A stretch of DNA of 64,000 nucleotides, from positions 672,001-736,000 of the forward strand of contig OY782391.1 in assembly GCA_963677745.1 (NCBI GenBank), in the 5' to 3' direction. This DNA is from Candidatus Altimarinota bacterium (GTDB lineage Bacteria > Patescibacteriota > Gracilibacteria > UBA1369). Each line of letters opens with the position of its first letter. Positions within the stretch are counted from its first letter, which is position 1. The position numbers were made by a program, and so were the translations under genes. This document shows positions 56,446-64,000 of the stretch, in pieces. The notes under the pieces were generated by a model. The model saw nothing but the letters and a program-made list of their open reading frames with translations. It ran no database searches and was not told the origin of the DNA.

Positions 56446-57759
56446 ATGGAAACAGGCAACAGAATCACCACAAAAAACAGGAAAAAACGTCGGGAGCCGA
56501 CTCTGGAAGAGTTGGCGGCCAGACAACGGCAGGAGTTGAAAAGACTGGAGGCCAGACATCAGCGTCAAAGAAAAGATCTGGTGGGAGAAGACAGTGCCGA
56601 GGCCCGAATTGTTTATCAGACAGTCTCTGCTATGCAGGGAGAAAGTCAAAACAGCCTGCTGTCCGCCTCCACCCCGCTCCCGGATGCGGAACCTCAAAAG
56701 CAAAAGCTGGAGTTTAATCTGGTCAGGAAAGGTCTCCATTACGCCGAACAGGACGGGGAATTTTTCTGCCGGGAAATTATGGATATCCAGATAGATTTTG
56801 ACCGGGAAAACGGTCATAGAATTGAGGCAATGATTGCCTCTTTACTGGTTAAAATGAAAGACAAAGTTCGTGGAATCTATGACCGGGGAGATCCCAGAAT
56901 TCAAGTGGGCATTGATGTTATCGATCAGATCGCGGAAAGCGCCAAATCATTGAAACCGCTTAACCGCATCCTGACCTTGTTGGACGACGATATTTATTAT
57001 TATCATCCGGAATTGATGAGGACCAATACTAAAATCTGGATGTGGTCTGAATTCCGCCAGGAATTTGCCAACCGCTGTCTGGCTAACTACCTGCCGTTGC
57101 CGCTTCTGGAGGCCACCAACGGGGGCGCCGATATACATTTTGCCAGCAGCCCCGATAGTTTTGCCCTGATGTTTGACTCGAAATCACCGGATGAGGAGAA
57201 TACCCGGTATATGATCACCAACAAGGAGGCCGTCAAAATCGACAAAGCCTTCGGTTACAAGTACATGGACATTAATCCGGCCACCGGTAAACCATTCCTG
57301 AGATTCCGCTACGCGGATTACGGGCAGAGAGGGTTCTTTGACGGCGAGCGCGTTATGTCTATACCCGAATTCTACACTTGTGCGCCGTCAGTGGACTTCG
57401 CGGGAAACGATTACAAGGTAAACAGCTCCGGTTACTCAATCGTTAACGGGTATCTTTATGATCAGATAGATGAAAAAATCAAGATCGATCCGGAAAAAAA
57501 GAAAGAACCCCTCGGTTTTATTGATGAGTTGTTAGGCAACGATCCCGATCAGAACAGAAACACCAGAAATTCCGCGGTGATGCTGGACTTCTTCCGGCAA
57601 AGCCAGGAAAGCATGAAGAAACTGTCAATCAGTGCGGATCACGCCATCACAATAGAAGGCAAAACTTATCTGCCAAAAGGATTTTTCAAGCCTTCCAAAA
57701 AAACACTGGGTGAAAACGGTTACGTCGACTACCGGCAATCAGAATACGTAAAAATATAA
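56446..57759 (+). CDS. Hypothetical protein
   Basis: 437-aa ORF, no motif recognised. Confidence 0.7.
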   Translation: METGNRITTKNRKKRREPTLEELAARQRQELKRLEARHQRQRKDLVGEDSAEARIVYQTVSAMQGESQNSLLSASTPLPDAEPQKQKLEFNLVRKGLHYAEQDGEFFCREIMDIQIDFDRENGHRIEAMIASLLVKMKDKVRGIYDRGDPRIQVGIDVIDQIAESAKSLKPLNRILTLLDDDIYYYHPELMRTNTKIWMWSEFRQEFANRCLANYLPLPLLEATNGGADIHFASSPDSFALMFDSKSPDEENTRYMITNKEAVKIDKAFGYKYMDINPATGKPFLRFRYADYGQRGFFDGERVMSIPEFYTCAPSVDFAGNDYKVNSSGYSIVNGYLYDQIDEKIKIDPEKKKEPLGFIDELLGNDPDQNRNTRNSAVMLDFFRQSQESMKKLSISADHAITIEGKTYLPKGFFKPSKKTLGENGYVDYRQSEYVKI

Positions 57760-57776
57760 CCGCCCCCCACGGTTAA

Positions 57777-58403
57777 TCAGATATATTCCATCCTTCCCGC
57801 CAGAGCTCTTGTCAGAGTTATCTCATCAGCATAGTCCAGATCGCCTCCAGCCGGGAGGCCTCTGGCTATGCGGGTGACCCTCACTCCCAAAGGTTTTAGT
57901 ATTTTGGTCAGATACATCGCCGTAGTCTCGCCTTCCAGCGAGGGGTTGGTAGCAACGATTACTTCAATTTCTCTCGGTACCACGCCGCTCCCCACCAGGT
58001 CCTCCACTCTTCTGTGCAGTTCATCCGCTTTGATCTGATCCGGGCCGATGCCGTCAACCGGCGAAAGGACCCCGTGCAATACATGATAAAGGCCCCTGAA
58101 CTGGCCGGTCCGCTCCAGGGCAATTACGTCCAGGATTTCCTCCACCACGCAAAACTGCAGTTTGTTGCGCATCGGATTAAGGCAAAACCGGCACTTTTCT
58201 CCTTCCGCAATGTTAAAACAGTCCTGGCAGAACCTTAATCCCCTTTTTACTCCCGAAACCGCACCGGCCAACGAATCCACGCGCATATCCGGTGAGTGCA
58301 ACAGGTGCATTGCCAGTCTCTGCGCGGATTTCGGGCCTATCCCGGGCAGACGGGCAAATTCATCGATTACTTTCTGTATTGATTCGGGCAAAAAAGAACT
58401 CAT
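57777..58403 (-). CDS. recR: Recombination mediator RecR
   Basis: LPGIGPKSAQRLA, C..C...C..C, YHVLHG.LSP..GIGP, EGETTA, DYADE.TL. Confidence 0.97.
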   Translation of the reverse strand: MSSFLPESIQKVIDEFARLPGIGPKSAQRLAMHLLHSPDMRVDSLAGAVSGVKRGLRFCQDCFNIAEGEKCRFCLNPMRNKLQFCVVEEILDVIALERTGQFRGLYHVLHGVLSPVDGIGPDQIKADELHRRVEDLVGSGVVPREIEVIVATNPSLEGETTAMYLTKILKPLGVRVTRIARGLPAGGDLDYADEITLTRALAGRMEYI

Positions 58404-58472
58404 GGGAGGGTACAAAAAAACTGGGCTGGAAAATCCCCTCCGTCTTATCATAAAAAAAACCTTCTGACCACT

Positions 58473-58973
58473 TCACTCGCTCTTTTTTGGCTTGCGCTCC
58501 TCCGGAGTGTCCGCGAAAATATCCTGCCAGGAAATTTCGGGATCCGCCTGCCTTCCCCGCTCCAGAGCAGCTTCCACTGTTCCCCTGATTCCCTTCACAT
58601 TTTCCAGCAGTTCACCGGGCTGGGGAGTAGCCGGAACGGCCTCTGCGCCTTTTAGTACGACTTCCAGGGAGCCGGTGATCTTCCGTTGCCTGGAAGAGGG
58701 TGGTGTTTTCGGGAACTCGTATTCCTTAAAGCGGCTGATAAAATCATCAATACCCTGAAGCCTGATATGATCAATAATCTCTGTTGTCGTCATCTGGCCG
58801 TTAAGACTGAGCTTGGCGGCAATACTCAGAATCACCGCCCGTCCCAGATAATTGTAATATTTCAGCTCATCCATCAGCTTCTGGAGGGGGTGATACCCGT
58901 CCAGGGACTGCTGTTCCGGAAGTCCCGCATCGCAGAACTCCTCTCCCCCGTTGTTTTTTGCATCGTATGCCAT
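58473..58973 (-). CDS. Hypothetical protein
   Basis: ORF upstream of recR; start uncertain. Confidence 0.55.
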   Translation of the reverse strand: MAYDAKNNGGEEFCDAGLPEQQSLDGYHPLQKLMDELKYYNYLGRAVILSIAAKLSLNGQMTTTEIIDHIRLQGIDDFISRFKEYEFPKTPPSSRQRKITGSLEVVLKGAEAVPATPQPGELLENVKGIRGTVEAALERGRQADPEISWQDIFADTPEERKPKKSE

Positions 58974-59108
58974 TGAATCCGGCCGATAAGTATATAAATA
59001 CAATCCCCAGGCAGAAATAAGATTACATCTTAATTAATTATTTCCAAAATTGCCAGCTGGTATGTATAATATGTCGGCATCTATATCCGTTAAACCCAAT
59101 AAATATTT

Positions 59109-59684
59109 ATGTTGAAGACTGGAACGGTAGCAAAAATTTTGATTATTCTCTCCACACTTCTTTTATTGGCTGGTTGCGGCGAATCAACGACCAACCCCGA
59201 CAATCCGCCGGCAGCCGGAAAATACGCCGAAGTTGCCAAATGTCTAACCGCCAAAGGAGCCATCATGTACGGTGCTTACTGGTGTCCGCATTGCCAGAAT
59301 ATGAAAGCGGCTTTTGGTGATGACTTCCAGTTTATTAAGTACCAGGAATGTGATCCTGCAGGACCCAACGGAAACATGAAGGTCTGTCTGGACGCCGGAA
59401 TCAGTAGTTATCCCACCTGGAGTTTCCCCGGACAGGGTAATCTGGCAGGAGAAGAGCCGATATTTTTATTGGCCAAACTGGCTAATTGCGAAGACAAACT
59501 GCCGGCGGAAGACAAACAGAAATTGGCGGACGCCGAAAAACAGCTGGATCAGGCTTCCGGAAACTCAGCCTCCACCGAACCTGCTAAAACGGAACCCGCT
59601 CCCGGCACAATCGGTCAAGCCGAACCGGTCGGCCGCACACCGGTCGCAAGTGGTGAACAAACAGCCCAACCCGTAACCCCTTAA
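59109..59684 (+). CDS. Thioredoxin-like CPHC lipoprotein (VKOR-partner type)
   Basis: Lipobox LAGC; MYGAYWCPHC...FG...Y.EC...C...I.SYPTW. Confidence 0.85.
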   Translation: MLKTGTVAKILIILSTLLLLAGCGESTTNPDNPPAAGKYAEVAKCLTAKGAIMYGAYWCPHCQNMKAAFGDDFQFIKYQECDPAGPNGNMKVCLDAGISSYPTWSFPGQGNLAGEEPIFLLAKLANCEDKLPAEDKQKLADAEKQLDQASGNSASTEPAKTEPAPGTIGQAEPVGRTPVASGEQTAQPVTP

Positions 59685-59687
59685 AAG

Positions 59688-60089
59688 ATGAGTTTTGGAT
59701 TTATCGGTATCTGGATGATTGTTCTGGGACTCGTGAGCGGGACGGTTATTCATCAGCCCGCGGCTCCCGCTGCAACGATACAGCCGGAAGTCACACAGGC
59801 ATCCGACCTGTCTGCAAATACGCTTGCCTCCTGTTTAAATAAAAGCGGCGCCATACTTTATGGAGCTTATTGGTGCCCCCATTGTGCCGATCAGAAAGAG
59901 TATTTTGGGGCGGCCGTTTCCGGTCTCAATTACGTTGAATGTGACGCCAAAGGCCCGCAGGGCGACCCGGACCTTTGCCAATCAGAAGGCATCGAGGCTT
60001 ATCCCACCTGGAAAATGCCGGGAAAACCCAGTCTGCAGGGCGCTCAAACATTACAACAGTTAGCCGCCTGGAGCGGCTGTGAGAGTTAA
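59688..60089 (+). CDS. Thioredoxin-like CPHC protein, tandem paralog
   Basis: LYGAYWCPHCADQK.YFG...YVEC...C...IEAYPTW. Confidence 0.85.
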   Translation: MSFGFIGIWMIVLGLVSGTVIHQPAAPAATIQPEVTQASDLSANTLASCLNKSGAILYGAYWCPHCADQKEYFGAAVSGLNYVECDAKGPQGDPDLCQSEGIEAYPTWKMPGKPSLQGAQTLQQLAAWSGCES

Positions 60090-60109
60090 TCAAATTAATC
60101 AAAAAATTT

Positions 60110-60577
60110 ATGAAACAAACACACCTTTTGATTATCTGTTTGGGAATAAGCCTTCTCACGGCTTGCCAGAACGTTTCACCCGATAACGCCAGGCAGTCCG
60201 CGGATCAGCTGGAAAAAGAAAAAGCCCAGGCCGTTTCCAAAATAAAAATTGAGGTTACTGATGACGGACGGTCGGAAAAAGCCCCGCTGCCTGTGACCCC
60301 CGCCCTCCAGAAAAAAGAAATTACGGTCTCTTCCACCGGCCTGCAGCCTGCCACTATGGAAGCAAAGGTAGGCCAAAGTCTGACGATAATCAACTCCCTG
60401 GACAAACAGATCAACCTCTACACCACTGCCGACGGAGCAAAGTCCTGCGAAGTTCTTGGTTCCACCATCGAAATCCCCGGAGGCCAGAGCAAACAAATCA
60501 GCCTGGAGAAACCGTTCCGCTGCACCATCATCAACCAGGAGAACACTGATCAGAAAGTCGATATTAAGGTTGAGTAA
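60110..60577 (+). CDS. Lipoprotein with cupredoxin-like fold
   Basis: Lipobox LTAC; P...EAKVGQ.L.I.N pattern; copper ligands not evident. Confidence 0.6.
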   Translation: MKQTHLLIICLGISLLTACQNVSPDNARQSADQLEKEKAQAVSKIKIEVTDDGRSEKAPLPVTPALQKKEITVSSTGLQPATMEAKVGQSLTIINSLDKQINLYTTADGAKSCEVLGSTIEIPGGQSKQISLEKPFRCTIINQENTDQKVDIKVE

Positions 60578-60596
60578 CCGTAGTCAGCAAACTGCC

Positions 60597-61661
60597 ATGG
60601 ACAAAGGAGAGCAAATTAAAAAATATGCGCTGCAACAGCTGGGCATTGATTTAATTGGTTTTTGCCGGGCCGAAAAACTCGAACAGGCGTCCAAAAATCT
60701 GGAGCAGTTTATCGACAAGGGTTATCAGGGCGGAATGAAATATCTGGAAAATTATCAACTGCGTGGTGACCCCCAAGGCTTATTGCCCGGAGCCCGGACG
60801 GTAATTGTAATCGGGATGAACTATTATCGTGAAAAACCGGTTACTCCACCCGGTCATGGAATCATTGCCCGTTATGCCTGGGGCCGGGATTATCACAAAG
60901 TACTCAAAAAAACGCTGAAGGAATTACAGAAATTTCTGGAAATAAACTGGCCCGGAAATCAGCACAAGATTTGCACGGATTCTGCACCGCTGATGGAAAA
61001 AGCCTTCGCCGAAAAGGCCGGAATCGGATTTTATGGGAAAAACACCATGCTCATCAATCCCCGGATCGGCTCCTTTTTCCTGCTGGGGGAACTACTCACT
61101 TCGCTTGAACTGGAACCGGATCAGCCGGGTTCCGGTACCTGTGGCAATTGTACCCGCTGTCTGGATGCCTGCCCGACGCGTGCCCTGGTAGCCCCCGGAC
61201 AGCTTGATGCACGCCGTTGTATCAGTTATCTGACAATTGAGAATAAAGAAAACCCCCTCCCTCCCGATCTTGCTCCGGCCCTGGGTAACCGTATTTTTGG
61301 CTGTGATCTTTGTCAGGAAGTTTGTCCCTACAACCTTCAGCTGGCCAGGCCGATAAAACAGTCCCCCGCCCGTACCGACGCGGCCAATTCGTCCAATTCT
61401 GCCGCCCGTCCCCTGGTTCCCGGCCTAGCCGACCGGCAAATCGCCGGCGACAGTCTGCCGTTAAATGAGATCATGGCGATGGACAACGATCAGCAGTTTC
61501 TGCAAAAATTCGCCGGCTCCCCCCTCATGCGCGCCAAGAGAAAAGGATTGCAGCGAAACGCTGCCAACGCCGTTATCAACGCCCGCACCCCGTCAAAAGT
61601 CAAACAGGGCGCCGTTACAGTAAACAGCGGCAAACAGAAGCTTTCCCGAAAGATTATTTAA
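60597..61661 (+). CDS. queG: tRNA epoxyqueuosine reductase
   Basis: ARYAWGRDYH, DS.P.MEK, CG.C.RC..ACPT, CISYLTIE, FGCD.CQ.VCP.N. Confidence 0.93.
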   Translation: MDKGEQIKKYALQQLGIDLIGFCRAEKLEQASKNLEQFIDKGYQGGMKYLENYQLRGDPQGLLPGARTVIVIGMNYYREKPVTPPGHGIIARYAWGRDYHKVLKKTLKELQKFLEINWPGNQHKICTDSAPLMEKAFAEKAGIGFYGKNTMLINPRIGSFFLLGELLTSLELEPDQPGSGTCGNCTRCLDACPTRALVAPGQLDARRCISYLTIENKENPLPPDLAPALGNRIFGCDLCQEVCPYNLQLARPIKQSPARTDAANSSNSAARPLVPGLADRQIAGDSLPLNEIMAMDNDQQFLQKFAGSPLMRAKRKGLQRNAANAVINARTPSKVKQGAVTVNSGKQKLSRKII

Positions 61662-63774
61662 GGCTTCTGGCCCGCATCAGCAGATCCAGAGCTTGTACCC
61701 GGGTCACATATTGCTTGGGAAAAAATTCACCGGTCGGTTGAGCTTGTATCAATCCTTTATCCCAGGCTGCCCTCAGATAGGGTCCCTGCCAGGACTGGGT
61801 AATGTCCTTAAACGGATTGTCGGGAAACCCGGCTCCGCAATTAGGTGTATAACAACCCTGATGTGGAGGGATTCCGGACATTTTGATTGTCAGGGCCACC
61901 GTCTCGGCTTTGTTTATTAATCCGACCCCCAGTTTATCAGGCGCAATGCCCTGTACGTAACCCAAATCCCAGGCTGCCCTTACCCAGGGGCCCATCCACA
62001 TATCCATGTCGGTAAAAGGAGCGCCGGCGCCGCAGTCAGCATCATAACAGCCTTTTTTTGCTTCCTTGCCGAAAGCTTTCATAGCCATCTTTATAAACTC
62101 CGGTCTGGTTATATATTGCTGGTGGCGAATCGTAAAATCCGGGTATCCGCTGATTATGCATTCATCATAAGCTTTTTTAATCAGCGACTCGTAAGGGCTG
62201 CCGCTTATATCAATCGGATAATATACGCCCGGACATTTGCTGAGTTCTTTTTGCGGCGCGGCGGGCTCTGTCGCAGCGGCTTCTGTCACGCCAGCTTTTT
62301 CCTCGCCGAAAATTGCCGTACTAACCTGTTCCAGCAGTCCCGGCTTGGGCTCCTCGGGGGCCGCGCCCCGCAGGGTATCAGCTTGGACGTTTTCAGCACT
62401 GGCGGCTGTTGTTTCGGCGGCAGTGGGAGGGTTTTTAATTTCAAAAGACTGTATGGAAACGTCGGGTTTATAGGTACTGTTTAATTTTGCTTCTACCACA
62501 TATTTGTATTTTCCCAGCGGCACAGCCTGGTCATAATCGTCATAACCGTCCCAAGTTATGGTAAACAGACCCTTTTCCTTGGGTGCGTTCAGGAGCAGTG
62601 TTTTTATTAAATTGTCTGAATTGTCTTCCGCCTTGGGGTCATAAGAGTCCTTGTAGATTGAAACTGTCACGGTGGCAGGAGAAATCAGTGTTACTTTCAG
62701 GGGGAGCCTGTCATAAGCCGGCTGATCGTTTTCAAAATAGAGGGTCAGGGCCTGGGCTCTGGACAACATTATATCCGGACTTGGTTTGAGTTCCGGAGCG
62801 GCCGTTTCGGTGGTATTTGACGTTTCACCGTTGGTTGCGGTGGAACCTCCGGTTGTATTCGTACTTCCAGTGTTGGTATCCGTCGAACCGGAAGTCGGGT
62901 TGTTTGTAGTATCATCTCCTGTAGAACCGCTGGAACTGCTTCTTATCGTAAAACTGGACATCGTCAGCGCGGGGCTTTTGTTGCCGGAAGAGTCAGTCAG
63001 AGTGATTGTGCAATTGCTATAGGTACCCGGTGTCAGCGGATTCAAAACGATCACGTTGTTCCCAACCGCTGCGGTGACTTTGTCCGCACTGCAACTGCCA
63101 CCATAAGTGAGCGTACCGGCCTTGTTGCTTGAAAATGAATAAGACGGCGAAGTTTGATTGGTCGGAGTCGGGATGGGAATCGATTCCTGCAATCTCGGAG
63201 ACACAAAACCCCGGACGCCAAGCTGCGTGTAGTCGCTTTCTGCCGGAAGATTTTTATTGGTCAAATCTAATGAACAGGTATTGTTTAAAGAAAAATCAGG
63301 GTCCAGGGCGTCCAATAAAACCTTGAAATTGACAGTCTTACTGGTGTCGGCCAATTTCAAATCGTAATTTACGGGAGGAATCTTGATTGGAAAATAAAGA
63401 GGGTCCATAAAGGCTGAGCCGTCGGTTGGAGGAGCGTTAATCAACAATTTAGTAAACAGATTCGTTCCGGAATATTCCACGGTGAAATAATTGTTGGAAG
63501 AAACATTTGTGGCATTAATTTCCCATTGGACGGTGTATCTATAACCGTTGGCCATCTGATTGTTTTCCGAGAGAATGGATCCTTTGCAGGAGACGGTTCG
63601 GGCAGTCAATGAGTTTAGGGCAGGTGTGATGGTTTTGATGGTATTTAGCTGTTGGGTAGTCATTGTATTGACGGGTGCGAGAGCTTCCACTGTTCCTGCA
63701 CTTCCCAAACAAGTTAAAACAGAAAGAACAGCAGTGGCGACGACCCAAATTTTGGAAGATTTTGTTTTTGTCAT
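61654..63774 (-). CDS. Secreted SLH-domain protein with Ig-like and FlgD-Ig-like domains
   Basis: Signal peptide; S/T-rich linker; WDG.D..G/Q..VP.G.Y motif; three C-terminal SLH repeats. Confidence 0.85.
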   Translation of the reverse strand: MTKTKSSKIWVVATAVLSVLTCLGSAGTVEALAPVNTMTTQQLNTIKTITPALNSLTARTVSCKGSILSENNQMANGYRYTVQWEINATNVSSNNYFTVEYSGTNLFTKLLINAPPTDGSAFMDPLYFPIKIPPVNYDLKLADTSKTVNFKVLLDALDPDFSLNNTCSLDLTNKNLPAESDYTQLGVRGFVSPRLQESIPIPTPTNQTSPSYSFSSNKAGTLTYGGSCSADKVTAAVGNNVIVLNPLTPGTYSNCTITLTDSSGNKSPALTMSSFTIRSSSSGSTGDDTTNNPTSGSTDTNTGSTNTTGGSTATNGETSNTTETAAPELKPSPDIMLSRAQALTLYFENDQPAYDRLPLKVTLISPATVTVSIYKDSYDPKAEDNSDNLIKTLLLNAPKEKGLFTITWDGYDDYDQAVPLGKYKYVVEAKLNSTYKPDVSIQSFEIKNPPTAAETTAASAENVQADTLRGAAPEEPKPGLLEQVSTAIFGEEKAGVTEAAATEPAAPQKELSKCPGVYYPIDISGSPYESLIKKAYDECIISGYPDFTIRHQQYITRPEFIKMAMKAFGKEAKKGCYDADCGAGAPFTDMDMWMGPWVRAAWDLGYVQGIAPDKLGVGLINKAETVALTIKMSGIPPHQGCYTPNCGAGFPDNPFKDITQSWQGPYLRAAWDKGLIQAQPTGEFFPKQYVTRVQALDLLMRARSLK

Positions 63775-63886
63775 TACTAATTTCTATAAAATCTTTATAT
63801 TATAACATAAAAAACCACCGTAGCAAAGGTGGAGGACGGTTACTAACCTGCCTTAATCGGGATGATTTCCCGCTTTATACAGGCGT

Positions 63887-64000
63887 TTAAAGCTTTTTTC
63901 GGACCTCTGCGGCCAGATCAGGCCGGTCAGTGATCAGTCCGTTCACTTTTCTGGTCAAAAACAACTTGCGCATCATGGTGGGATCATTAACGGTCCAAAC
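63887..64000 (-). CDS. Glycerophosphodiester phosphodiesterase, 3' end only
   Basis: Hand translation VWTVNDPTMMRKLFLTRKVNGLITDRPDLAAEVRKKL*; WTVN and G.ITD.P motifs. Confidence 0.85.
   Translation of the reverse strand, partial: VWTVNDPTMMRKLFLTRKVNGLITDRPDLAAEVRKKL

Noticed and set aside
1-64000. CRISPR array, rRNA, transposase, DGR/retron RT, or TGA recoding (code 25)
   Set aside because: No spaced direct repeats, rRNA motifs, or RT/transposase motifs seen; long intact ORFs under code 11, several ending at TGA next to a terminator or the next gene

Overview
This looks like chromosome from a Patescibacteria/CPR-type bacterium, most like Peregrinibacteria. That is an inference from standard code 11 with TGA stops, AT-rich SD-less translation starts, and many SLH, lipoprotein and giant surface proteins. 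0.3-20 kb is a cell-surface locus. A 4593-aa giant (about 21 IPT/TIG repeats, 5 GEVED modules, a 7-bladed propeller, WxL-like C-terminus) and two small WxL-like proteins are each followed by their own DUF916-like membrane-anchored partner, two of which end in a post-TM LysM. An O-antigen-ligase-family gene follows, with a convergent ECF sigma/anti-sigma pair. The 212-aa subunit has its own consensus promoter and terminator, as a major pilin would. At 23901-23975 (-) is an unannotated 75-nt tRNA-Ala-like RNA with all four stems, G3:U70 and an encoded CCA, but every loop is non-canonical. It has its own promoter and lies 15 nt upstream of a small GGQ release-factor homolog. A 441-nt tmRNA with a 30-aa tag is at 29797-30237 (-). 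The rest is housekeeping (aspA, efp, epmA, mfd, dnaN, rny, trxB, holB, infC-rpmI-rplT with an AUC start, recR, queG), envelope and redox genes (VKOR, two Trx-like CPHC proteins, SLT, M23-SLH, VanW, SLH proteins), an NTT/MFS-HEAT transporter and an arsR-arsP pair. No CRISPR, rRNA, integrase or transposase was seen.
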